Source: Octopus vulgaris (Eukaryota). From it: 64,000 nt of DNA. The stretch covers positions 67,952,001-68,016,000 of the forward strand of contig OX597815.1 in NCBI GenBank assembly GCA_951406725.2, given 5' to 3'. Below the pieces are notes generated by a model, which searched no databases, was not told where the DNA came from, and saw only the letters and a program-made list of their open reading frames with translations. Positions 38,851-52,361 of this stretch are shown here, in pieces; position 1 is the first letter of the stretch; the number at the start of each line of letters is the position of its first letter. A program made the position numbers and the translations under genes.

Positions 38851-39032
38851 CAGGGTGGTCCGAAAGTCACGCACCAACGCATTTGACTATTTATATTATG
38901 TTATCTTTATTATTCATTCTGTTCATCAAGTACAAGTACATTATTTCATTCAATTTTTAAAAAATGAAGCATGTCCTTGACAATTCCGGGGCGTATTGAA
39001 CTTATTTTGTACGTGACTTTTGGCCCACCCTG
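38851..39032. mobile_element. Tc1/mariner MITE
   Basis: TA|CAGGGTGGTCCGAAAGTCACG ... CGTGACTTTTGGCCCACCCTG|TA. Confidence 0.9.
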
Positions 39033-39724
39033 TACTTATTGTAAATGAGAAATTTGTTTTATTTGATTTTATGTTAGTATAATAAATATTTTTCTTTTGA
39101 AAATCAATATTCACTTCATGATTTTGTATATGCATCAGAAACTTTTATTTTTAAAAATGTTGATTTATAATTATTTTCAGTGTACCATATATTACCCATG
39201 GTAGCGAATGTATGCTTCCAAAGTTAGTCGCTATATGAGTAATACTCTAGTTTTCATATGTACTTCAATATCTGCGAGCTACCAGAGCATACTTGCTTAA
39301 TTTTTGCAAGAAAGGGTAATAGAAAAAGAAAAATAGATGGATGCTAAAAACAAAATAATAAATTTCGATTATGATATAAAACAGATATATTCATTATTAT
39401 AAAAGAAGAAATTTTTTTTAAAAATCACAAGAAACACAGCAGAAGATTTCGCGAACGACCGGAAATAAGAAATACACTGAAGGAACAGTCAAGTTAAAAA
39501 CAATAACAGTAAAGAAACAATTATAAAAACAAGAGAAAGTGTATCAAAAATAACTGTGATAACAGCATCAGCAAGCAACAAGAACAAACAAACAAGGAGA
39601 GCTAGAGCTAGTTATTAAAAGATATTACTGAGATGATAAATCAATCAACTATATAAAGAAACCGTAGAATTTCCTGCACCATTTTTTTTTCTTCGACAAC
39701 GGATCAACATGTTACATTGAGAGA

Positions 39725-40035
39725 CTGATGGTGATGGTGGTGTTAGTGGTGGTAATGGTAGTGGTGGTGCGGATGGTATTGGATATTATGGTGGTGGTGG
39801 TGGTGGTAGCGGCGGCGGGGTGGGAGTGGTGGGGTGGGGGTGGCGATGGTGCTTGTCCAATGGGGGAGTAGGAATGATGGTGGTGATGGAGCCTGTGACA
39901 GCGGTTGATTGGTGGTGGTAGCAGCAACGCTGGTGGTGATGGTGTTGGTGATGAGGATGACGGCAGCGGTGATGGTAGTTGCGGTGGTGGTGGTGTTGGT
40001 GGTGGTGACGTTTGTGGAAGTAGTGGTGGATGTTT
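39725..40035. repeat. Degenerate (GGT/GAT)n trinucleotide tract
   Basis: G-rich low-complexity sequence. Confidence 0.8.
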
Positions 40036-41316
40036 AGTGATTACTACCATTCGACTATTTTCTCGTCTTTTATTTATTTTTTTTTAGCTAAATAATCTTT
40101 GAATCGCAAGTTGACCGATTTAGATTGTGAGCTGTCTCTTTTTGTTGGTGGCAATGTTGTGGGGTTTGTTAATCGATGTCACAGCGGTAGTAATTCCGGC
40201 TATACAGACATACACACACATACACACATACGTACACACACACACACACACACACAAATACGTATAAACATACATTCAAGAGCATACATAGTTATTCCGG
40301 CTATACACACATACGCACATACGGACACACACACACACACGCAGACACGTACGCATAGTCGCGCGCGCATGTACATATGCACACACACACCCACAAACAC
40401 AAATACGTACATACATATATACATGCATGCATATCTACATAAATACATACATACATCTATACGTACATATATTCACGCATGTACACACACATACACACAC
40501 ATATACACGCGCGCGCACATACACAAACATACACACATACCAGCACGCCGCGCACATATATTTACACACACATCCACATATACACACATATAGACGCACA
40601 TACACACACACACACACATATGCTACCACCATCAACGCCAATATTTGTGTATGACACCAATATTGTTCCAGACTTAGAAATCCTTATCTCAGATAGATTC
40701 CAGTTTCTAGAAAATAAAACTGAGTTTTCTAGCCGGTTTTGATTTCTATAAAACGTATTTCACCTCATTGACACCATTCAGAATAAGATGTCATAAATAT
40801 TCCTCCCAAACCCTTTCCTATTAACCTTTAGTACACTGCAGTTTCTCCAGAATTATTTCCCCTGCCACTGCCCTGTTACTACAAGGGAGGAAACTCATAC
40901 AGTGACATGATGCATCTATAATGTGCTAAAGGTTAAAGTCTTCTGTATTAAGCCGAATGGTTAGAAGGTTCGGCTCGTGATCATAAGATTGTGGTTCAAT
41001 TCCTGGATTGAGCGACACAACTGAAAACGAAAACCTGCTGAGTACTGGTGCGGCTCTTGCTATATTCTCGATGTTTCCATGGGATCAAGGGTGAAGAGAC
41101 CACAAGGATGTCTATGTCTGCTCAAAACTACATGGGCACTTAAAATAATTGGAGATAACACAGGACACGCCAATGACGGTTAGTTATACAGTGAGAAACT
41201 TCCATTGGTAACTAGAACGGCTAACAGAAATTTTCTCGATAATTTGTGTATTTTCTTACATTTTTAGGAAATGTGTGAGTAACCATTAATCTCTACACGT
41301 TCATTTTTCCTCTCTC

Positions 41317-41359
<43 letters not shown>

Positions 41360-41405
41360 CTCTCTCTCTCTCGCTCGCTCTCTCTCTCCATATTTTCCTC
41401 TTATC

Positions 41406-41443
41406 TCTTTCTGTCGAAGAACGTACACTCAAAACATCAAAGA
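41406..41443 (+). ncRNA. Decayed minimal hammerhead (family of 10568)
   Basis: TCTTT CTGTCGA AGAACGTACACTC AAAA CATC AAAGA; helix I perfect, core mutated. Confidence 0.5.
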
Positions 41444-41597
41444 CTCCGTTTTCCTGAGCGCCAAACTAATACATCTGCTTGTTGTTCCCTCGCCTGTCTC
41501 TGTCTTTTGTTTTCTGTGCATTTCAACCATATATATATACGTTTGCGTGTGAATAAATGTGCATTTGCGTAGTGAGTGAACGTATCACGTTATTACA

Positions 41598-41646
<49 letters not shown>

Positions 41647-42394
41647 GCGTGTGTGTGGACTCATTTACTGTTTACGTGTGAGAGCGTGCGTATTCGATAT
41701 GTATTTATGATTATATGCAGATGCTCGTCCAGGAACCTGGAAAAGAAAATCTCTAAAATGTTTTACAAATTTTCAGTTTTGACCAACTGCATCTGTTTTT
41801 TTTTTTGGTTTTTTTTTTTTGAGAACTCAAGCATTTCACGGATTTTATGTGGACCCGTCTTTACGAATCCTTGTGCACATAAGAAAATATGCATACATGC
41901 ATATATGTATGTATATATATGTATGTATGGCTTAAACTCTTATTGTCTAGACTTCGAGCAGACTTATCTCACACAAATGAGTCGGACTCCTTAAGTATAA
42001 TGCAGCACTTTATATCTTCGCTTTAAAAAAAATTTAAGACTTTACATAACCGATATATTGATCTGTGTAATCTGTATCACGTTGTCTATCGTTCAGCCGG
42101 CATTCCAAACGTGGTTATCATTCCTTCTTTTGGGACACACAGTTACAGTATACAACTCCGCAAGACATTTGTTCATTTTATTCGGAGATATAAATTGATT
42201 TAAAGGCAATTCAGCTCTTATTACTAATAAATTGAGTGACGGCATTGAAAATCTCTTAGTAGCTTGTAAAAAATCACTTATACTTTATAATTTACCAAAT
42301 TTCTGACGGTTTTGAAATTAGTCACAAAAAAATATTACTTTCCAAATGAATTTTCAGGCACTTGCAATGCAGAACCTCATTTATATTATTCTAT

Positions 42395-43015
42395 ATGGCT
42401 GTATGGTTAAAAATAATTCGCTTCATAACCACGCGATTAAGGATTCGGTCCCACTGCATGAACCTTGTAGGATGGCGTTGTATACAACCAATACTTTGTG
42501 AATCGACAAATAAATACTTAGTAGGTGAAATTGGTAGACAGAAACTGAAGCCTGTCATATAATCATACGAGTACATATATATATATGTGTGTGTGTTTAT
42601 GAATATATGTTCATATGCTTGTGTACGTAAATGTGTTTGTGTGAGTGAGTTCGTTTTCCCCCTCATTTTTGCATTGTGTTTTTTTTAATGTAAACAACAA
42701 TCTTGCCGTCCATACAGGCGGTGTCGTTTCATTGCAGTCCAACTTGAAAGCGTGTCCGAGCTTAATGACATGTCTTGTTATACGACCTTTGTAGACAAAA
42801 TGTTCACTAAAACAGTGTCATTTGTTTCTAGTTCTCCACCTGACAAGTCCACGCTGTTTGTTGTTCGACAGATTATGGGATAAATAACATTCTTGAAAAC
42901 AGATGTAGTTTAGTGTCTGGGTGGGGTGAAACGGGCTGTAGAAACTCTGCTCCGACGTAATTTCATCTGACCCATGCAAGCATGGATTACTGAACATTAG
43001 GCCAATGATGATGAG
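42395..43015 (+). mobile_element. SINE with the shared tRNA head and an alternative (RTE-like) tail ending in (GAT)n
   Basis: Head TGGCTGTATGGTTAA..GGATTCGGTCCC..GGTAGACAGAAACTG; tail GACCCATGCAAGCATGG..TGATGATGA; counterpart on minus at 60763-61204. Confidence 0.65.
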
Positions 43016-43298
43016 GCGGGGGAGGAGGATATTCTGTTAGTCCCATAACCATACTACGATATAACAACCAGCTATACAGAAACTCCGTGTTTTACCGTAA
43101 GCCCTTAATCCGCAACATGCAAAGTGAAATTGCCATCTATGTATCGTACTTAACGTACATATACAATAGACAAGTAAGACACTGCAGTTTTCGTCAGAGA
43201 TAAAAAAAAAAAAAAACCCTTTTATAGACGTGTTGTGTTTAAAAACATAACATCTATCAGAAGGAGACGAAAATCGTCCCAGTAGTTGCTAGCGAGAG

Positions 43299-43339
43299 CG
43301 CCAAATGCATTTCGGCCTTTTTCAGCCTTGTCAGTGACA
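43299..43339 (-). ncRNA. Minimal hammerhead, one core mutation
   Basis: Minus: TGTCA CTGACAA GGCT GAAAAA GGCC GAAA TGCA TT TGGCG. Confidence 0.65.
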
Positions 43340-43515
43340 TGAACTCTCAAATCGCCTGTCTAAATGAAATCTGTTGACTTCAATACATAGGAAACAGTGA
43401 ATAATACATTCATTGATATTGCGAATAGCTGCCATATTTCACTAATTTTTTTATTCTTTATTTATCTAAAATTATGTAAACATAGCTTTTCGCCATCCGC
43501 ACATTGCCAAATACG

Positions 43516-43626
<111 letters not shown>

Positions 43627-44474
43627 CGTGCGTACGTGCGTGTATGTTTTATATTCTTTTTATTTTTTGTAAAAATAAGCCATACTACAAATGGGTAGCA
43701 TCAACTCTTAAGCTATAATAATAACGCCACAGCTTAAATCATTGCGAATTCTGTTAAATAAAATATTGTCACCATCTACCACACAGCGAATACTAACCAA
43801 CCAGCCTACTCGGTATTTTAGCAAAAGTAGGTTTTCGTTCGTGACAAATTCCTATGCTGAGTATGAACAGGTGGCGAGACATTATATGAAACTTTACAGA
43901 AAAGAAAGCCAAACATGTCCCCGAGGGGTACCCTAATTACATCTTGTCTGCTGTATGAAATTACAATTCGAGAAACGTCATTACTTATTAATTTGTTTCG
44001 TCTAAGTAATTGTTCGTATTTCCATTTCTTGCTTTATCTCATGTAAAGTATTCAGAACATTTTTTTTTTTCATCTCTATAATCAACTTTACTTTCCGAAG
44101 ATTTACAAGACCAGAAGGCAGGCCATGTTCACGTCTTGTCATGGTTCTTGGCAGAGAGTGAATGGATTCAACTCCGATGAATGAAATAATTCAATCAACA
44201 GGCATGAAAATATAAAAATATTGAAAATGTTGGAATAATTTGTGATTTAAAAATTGAAAGTATTATCGATTTGAATCAGGACACTATTTTGAAACTAGTC
44301 AAAACACTTTATTACATTATACAATTTTACAGGAGTGTACAATTGTATTTAACACGTTCGTGTACACTCAAACTCAGAAAGGCCTCCCCTGGAAAAAGTA
44401 TCTCTGGAGAGATATTCTCTTTAGAGACAATGTGTGTGAAAAACATTTACTGGGCCAAGAAGGATATCATTAGA

Positions 44475-44519
44475 CTGCAGGCCACGTGTTTCAGCGTCGT
44501 TACGCCTCATCAACTATAG
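44475..44519 (-). ncRNA. Minimal hammerhead, decayed
   Basis: Minus: CTATAG TTGATGA GGCGT AACG ACGCT GAAA CACGTG GC CTGCAG. Confidence 0.65.
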
Positions 44520-45299
44520 ACACCGAAACCGGCATTTATAATTCATTAAGAACTACCGTTCTTGTATTTAAATGTAACGAACGATGAGAAAGGATAAAAA
44601 GAAATAAAAGGGGATATCATCTGTACAAGACCGTGTTGTTACAAGTAACAGTAAATAGGTGATATACAAGAGAAAGAATGCGAGAGATATATCTGAAACT
44701 TGATATACACTTAAGTTAATACAGTATAGATTGAAGAGACACCCCCACCTTAATGCCTGCTACGATGGTGGGATAAGGTATGGACATGCGCTATCTCCAT
44801 GAATAAAAATCTTACAAAAACAAAATTTAATAGAGACATCAGGGTGTTTTTTTTAGGAAGATTTGGTTATATTCTCTCTAACAGACCAAGCATCTACGTA
44901 GATGATGTGGTAGCTCAACCGATAAAAAATAACACCCAAATCTCCCTCAGATAAAACCCTGCTTTGAGCCTCTACACGGTCGCTCGATCCGCTAGAAATG
45001 ATAACTAAGCGTCTTCAAAACCCTCTCATCTTAACAAACAAACACGTTGGAAAATATAATCCAAGGTATACAAAATGAAGGCATTGTCACAGTTGGACGC
45101 CCCTGTGCGTAGGCCTTATCATTCAGATGTGAATTTAGCAAAACGAAACAGTGACAATAATTTAGCCGGTTTCAACAGCACAGAGACACATTTTAGTCTC
45201 TTTCTGATAGCATTTGTTAAACAGCAGCAAAAATAAAAACACTAACTCAGTGCTGAAAAGTGAAAAGAACAATATTCTACGTGTCAGTAGCGAGCTTCT

Positions 45300-46170
45300 C
45301 AGGAAACACTTTCTTACTGATTACCCAACATACACCCTCCAAAACAGCCGAACTAACATGCTTCAAAGAAAACCTGGATGTAAAATACTCAGTATATAAT
45401 AAAAAAAAGGACTATGCATGGGTATGTTTCCTGAAGATTTGAAGAAGATAGTAATATCGACATGAAGCGAAGCCTGTCTTGGACTCGTGACCACTACATC
45501 ACACTTCGGTTATGCATTTGCAAACCAAGAACAGGAGATTGCCACTAAATACCTAATGAGCAAAAGAGACAGCGAAGCCCTTGGAGCTCCAAGATGCAAG
45601 CGAAAATGTTGATTATGTCATATTTCTGTAGAAGACGTCACACATGTGCTTAACAGCTGTCCAAAAGTGTCATCAAGGTACTACTTCCTTTTGCGACATG
45701 ATGTTGTCGCGAAAATAATATGCAATGCCATTCGGAAAAAAATTGTTCTGAAATAAATATAGACAATCCACTTGTTATTGAATTCATACACAAACACCAG
45801 CACAAGGAATATCGGGGGAACATCCCAATCAAAACATCTGTCAATTGTAAACATAACACGCCGGATATCGTTTGAAACAGGTAAGAAAAAGTGTGTACCG
45901 TCATGGAGATCGGCTGTCAGATCAAAGAAAGAGGATAATTATGGACAACTGCTTCGAAAACTCAAGCCATCTATATCTAGATTATAAATTCACATTTCTA
46001 CCAATAATAGTTGGTGCACCTGGTTTTGTGGGTAAATACATAAGTGGCAATCTGGATAAGTAAGGGTTTTCAGAAAAAGAAATTAACCAGCTAATTCGCA
46101 CATTACAAATACAATCTGTAAGTGAACAGTAAAAATGTCCAAGACTTTTTTCAGGTTTAGAATGTAGCAT
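45300..46170 (+). mobile_element. RLE-type (R4/Dong-like) non-LTR retrotransposon 3' fragment
   Basis: CHISVEDVTHVLNSCPKVSSRYY..RHDVVAK (CCHC knuckle plus RHD), HNTPDIV, YGQLLR, FLPIIVGA. Confidence 0.8.
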
Positions 46171-46318
46171 TGTTTTCTGTAATCTATATTTCAACAATGG
46201 GGCTTTGTATTTTTGTTAGAAAGCAGCTCCTTCCTCAGAGAAACATTTCAAAAATTAAAAAACAGATGAGAACATACATACATACATACATACATACATA
46301 CATACATACATACATACA

Positions 46319-46354
<36 letters not shown>

Positions 46355-46721
46355 TACACACATACACAAATGTAAAAGGGTGCGATTTAGTGCTCAAAGA
46401 TTTCAGTTAATGGTCATAAAGCATGTGGTTTAATTTCTTGAACAGTGCGACGAATTGTGTCTTTGAACAAGACAACTTCATTTTATGTTGCTTCAGTTTA
46501 TTCAACAAAAATGTCTACTAAACAAATACTAATGCGACCTTCTCTCTCCTTTCAGCTGTTGCAACCCCAATGTTACATTGGGTCGAGGATGAGAGGAGGG
46601 GAAAACCAAGAGGGGGATTGTGTCTGCTCGCGACTATACAGGCGCTTAAAACAAATTTGAGGAAGCATTGTACATGTTACCAAGCTATACTCGATCGTGA
46701 GTGATGGCTGTCAGCACTTTT

Positions 46722-47135
<414 letters not shown>

Positions 47136-47754
47136 GTTTGTATGTATGAATGAATGTATATACGTATGTATACAATGAGAGAGAGAAAGAGAGAGAGAGA
47201 GGGGTGTTGTGTTTCTGTCTGTGTGTGGCATATTCAGTAGGCACAGCCTTAAAAGTTTAAACATATAAACTGATTTATCAAACAGATAAGAAAATCAATA
47301 AATATTTGTAGATAATTATACTTGAAAGATCAAAGAGATTCGAAAGTTCAATAATATTTCCCCCAGATCTGAAAGACTTTAAAGGGATTTGTGTGTATGT
47401 TCGTATGCGTGTGCGTGTGTGCCTCTGTTTGTATTTGTGTGTGTGTTGTTTTTCATATTTTCCGCGGGTGGGGTCTAGTTTGCTTTTGTTTTGTTTCGTC
47501 TTTTCTTTTGTTTTTGTTTTTTATATGAGGTGAGGTCTGTTTGTCTGTTCTATAACTCCCAGCAACAACCTGTTTCTGTTAAATAGATCGCAATTAACCC
47601 TAGGAATATATATATATATATGTATATACGTATGTATGTATACATGTATTCTTGTATATGTATGTATATGTATTTGTGTAGGTATATATATACATATATA
47701 TACATACATACGTACATATATTTGCATATAAATGTATATATATATATATGGATG

Positions 47755-47796
<42 letters not shown>

Positions 47797-47878
47797 AATA
47801 TATATATACATACATATACAAATATATATATCTACATATATACATACGTACATATATATGCATATAAATGCATATATA

Positions 47879-47950
<72 letters not shown>

Positions 47951-47979
47951 ACGTATATATACATATATGTGTGTGTGTG

Positions 47980-50131
47980 ATTAAAGAAGAAGAATGGAAA
48001 GTTGGTAAGGATATAAAATTAATTTGTTAACATACTGCCAAATAAAGACTACTTTCGTTTAAATTCAGTCCAATATATAATTGTAAATTCAAAGATTGGA
48101 ATAAATCCAAAAGTTAGAATAAAATTCCATTTTGAAAATATTGGGCAGAATCTCATCAGGGCTAGAGTACAATAGAAAGAGTTACATGTTGATGGATTGG
48201 GTTTTATCAATAGACTAAGAAAGTTAAGAAATGTATATTTTAGTGTTTGTATGTCTATGCTACTAATCTAAAAAATGATATTAAAAAATTAAAAATATAG
48301 TACAAGGGTAAAAAGTAAAAATGAAAACCAAATAATAATAGATATATAATATAAAGTAAGATAAAAATAAAACCGTTATCTATGTAAATTTCTATTCGTT
48401 TACATAATCATTGTGTATTATGCCTATGTATTTATTATCATAAAATCTTATCGAATCAGATTGATTCGTTTATGTATCTGTGTAGTTTAATTTGAAGAGG
48501 ATAGCCGTTAAAACTATGTATTATTTATATATCTGTATATAAATAACTCCTGTTAACGCGTAGCGTATGAATATGTGTTTGTTTATACATATGTATATAT
48601 CTGTTATATATATGTGTGTATGTGTGTGCATGCGTATAAAAACATTTTTGTATTAAGCAAAAAAAAAAAATTGTGATAATTAATTTTAATATTTTTTACA
48701 AAATGAATTAAAGTTAATCAAGATTATTAAAATAAGAGTTTTATTATTGTTAATAAATTCATGGTTCAGAAAGGGAAAAATTGCATATTACATAGCAGCA
48801 CAGATTTAGTGTATTACATCATCAGATTATGTATTATTGAAAGAACAAGATTATTCCTAACGAAGACTGTCTCTTTACATAGTAATTATATTGCTAAATT
48901 GATCATGTTAATTATTACAATTTCATTTATACAAAAATTACATATTACATGTTTGTACTTTATTACTTCATATTACATTATTTGTATGTATTTGATATAT
49001 AGTCTAGCAATATTAAGAGAAAATATACTTCGAAACGTGTACACAGAATAAACTTTTCATTTCTAGAATTAAGTAGTTGATGTCTGGAAGGTGATATTTG
49101 ATAAATTTCTTCTACACAAAGTTCACATCGCCTGTCATTGATACTATATGGTTTAGCGTGACTCATAATTTTCCATTTAATTTTATAACTCTTAGTATAA
49201 CTCTTATTGCTGTTCTTTATTCTCCAAATGAACTAAGACTTGTATTGTTAATTTTTAGACGGTTCTCAAAACTACTTTCGTGGTTAGCTATTCTTTTCTT
49301 TATAGAACATTCAGTTGCTCCAATATAAAAATAATTATTACTTACAGATTTAACAATTTCCTGATATACCAGATTATTGTGTTTACAGAAATTATTAAAT
49401 TTACAGTTGGGCTTGTTCTTACAATTACAAAATTTATTTTCATCAGCTTTTTATTGATTATAACAAAGGAGTTCTAGTGAGCTGTTTCTCATTCACTATT
49501 TGAAGTAAAATCATCACCATTTGTCATGGCCGATTTATCATGTTGTGTATTCAATGAAAGAGTGTCTATTTTACGATTCTCATAAAAATAATCTAGTTTT
49601 CGGTTGTTAATTGAGGATATAATTCGAAATAGATTACGAGATGAAGAGAACGCTATTCTAATTTTCGTATTATTAATTATTTCACTATATTTATTATTAG
49701 TAAAGTTTTTAGTTATTAATCCACGCAAAGATTTAATTACGTTAGTTTTTATCTGTTTTCCAAAAGGGATAATTTGCCTTATGGTATTATTCGTATCAGA
49801 ATTATGGTTATAGTAATTGTCAGTATTTGTTTTAGTGGAGTTTTTCTTGGCAAATAAAAATGTTTTATTAAAAGCTATTGGGTTAATGGAGGAATAATAA
49901 TCATTAATATCAACTTGCATGAATTTATATATGTCCTTGTTTTCAATATGATTGAACCAACCTATTACCTCTTATGTATTAGACCAAAGTTCCAATCTAA
50001 TCTTATTTCTCAGAACAGTTATAAATTTGTCAATAATAAATTTATTTAATTTCCCGAAGTCTAATTTGCCCGGTCAAATGAATCTCAGTCCTTCTAAATT
50101 ATTCTAGACCTTAATGGAATAAAAGGTTCAG
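47980..50131 (-). mobile_element. Nematis-like PLE, internally deleted
   Basis: Minus: QVDINDYYSSI (RT); FCNCKNKPNCKFNNFC..LVYQ..FYIGAT..RIANH (GIY-YIG); RRCELCVEE..LLNSRNE; hammerhead remnant at 48047-48164. Confidence 0.85.
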
Positions 50132-50166
<35 letters not shown>

Positions 50167-50223
50167 AGAAGGACCATAAAGAAAATTTTGAAACTATATA
50201 TGTACCATATACATAATTTTAAA

Positions 50224-50276
<53 letters not shown>

Positions 50277-50277
50277 C

Positions 50278-51060
50278 AAGATTTACATTGGTGCAACTGT
50301 TAATTTAAATCAACGATACTCAGTACATTTGAACATTTAAGAAATACAGTAAATCTACTTCTCTAGCCAACCATATACACAACCTTGGGAAACAATAGGT
50401 CATACGACATTACTTGATTCATTATTGATTTGGGTCCTCCATGCTAGAGTTAAAATACTCCGTGTTGGCTATGCTTGAAAGAATCAATACAAATACTATT
50501 ACATAATCCAACATAATTATTAAACAAACAACATGAAGTGTTCTCCTCTTGTGTTCATAAATTCTTTAAAACCTTTCGATTTTGCCACAGTAAGACAAGT
50601 ACCTCTGTATAATTTTCTTACACTTTCACTTAAACATAGTTTAGATATGGCATAATCTTATTTAATTAAATTAGTATATTTACCTTCTGTCTTTAATCGT
50701 TATATAACACTTTACTACTTATATTTTCACTCTTCACCTAGCTTAATTATCTTAATATATTTAAATTATCTTCATATATTTACTTTATTTAATCTGTTCA
50801 TTTGCTTTACTTTTATTATATTTTATTTTATTTTATCTTAATCCGTTATATTTCATTTATTCGATTCTAGTAATAACTTAATATTTCATTCATTCCAAAT
50901 GAACTTACACTTTCAATACTATTTTTACATTTCTCTAGCTAACTCTATTTTATATTTTTGTATCTAACTCTATTTAAAGTTAACCCCTGATCTTCTTACA
51001 CCTCTACACTAAAGCCTCTCTCCTAATAAGGAAGTATAACTCCTTCCCCACCACACACCA
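50278..51060 (+). mobile_element. Nematis-like PLE 3' fragment between (TA)n arrays
   Basis: IYIGAT..QRYSVH..STSLANHIHNL..PCWLCLKE..LLNKQHEVFSSCVH. Confidence 0.75.
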
Positions 51061-51077
51061 TACTGTATGTGTGTGTG

Positions 51078-51137
<60 letters not shown>

Positions 51138-51584
51138 TATATATATGTGCATATATATGTATATGCATGTGCACATATATGAATCAAAAGGATGTATTAT
51201 AATACTATTTCACATATAAAAAAAACAGCCATATGAAAATATATCGATGGTGTATAAATATATTTTTTTTTAGTTTCAGCTCAGAGCGACGACCTTGCTG
51301 ATGCACCACCGTGAAAAATAAATGCGCCCTTTTTAAAGCCTATGGGCCCGGTTTCCCGGTTTCTATGGTATATATGTTCCCCAGCTGGACGGGACGCCAG
51401 TCCATCGCTTCACTTTCTTCCCGAATTTTTAACTCATTTCATTTCATTAATTTCATTTATATTCTGTGAGTTGGACCACTTTATATACCGAATAATTGTC
51501 ACATATTATATTTACAGATAAATTCCTCTATTCAAATAATATCGAGGTCTCTTTCATACTTTTGTTGTCTTACCATTACTATCA

Positions 51585-51653
<69 letters not shown>

Positions 51654-51669
51654 CATATATATGTATATG

Positions 51670-51862
51670 TATGTGCACATATATGTATCAAAAGGATGTG
51701 TTATAATACTATTTCGCATATAAAAAACAACCATATGAAAATATATTGATGTTGTATATATATGTATATATATATATACAACATGGATATATTTTCATAT
51801 GGTTGTTTTTTATATGTAAATAGTATTATAACACATCCTTTTGATACATATATGTGCACATA
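51670..51862. repeat. ~190-bp palindrome centred on (TA)n; third direct copy at 51167-51258
   Basis: ATCAAAAGGATGTGTTATAATACTATTT..CAACCATATGAAAATAT and its reverse complement. Confidence 0.9.
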
Positions 51863-51910
51863 GATATACATATATATGCATATATATACACACATAGACA
51901 TATATATACA

Positions 51911-51942
<32 letters not shown>

Positions 51943-51957
51943 CATACACACACACAT

Positions 51958-52001
<44 letters not shown>

Positions 52002-52361
52002 ATACTCATGTATATATGTACAGATATATACACATATACATATATATACATATACAAATATATGCACAGATACATATATAAATATATATATATCTACATA
52101 CATACATATACTTACATATATATATACGCATATACAAACATATACATACATATATATACATACATATGTACATATACATATATACACATACAAAGATAGA
52201 TATATATATACACATATATATATACACATACATACATACACATTTATACAAATAGATATATACACACATATACATATATATATATATACATATACATATA
52301 TACATAGACATATATATACATAGACATATATATACATACATATACTGACATATATATTTAT

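Noticed and set aside
39712-40087. Pro-rich or Gly-rich protein exon
   Set aside because: Degenerate GGT/GAT repeat with no supported splice or domain context.
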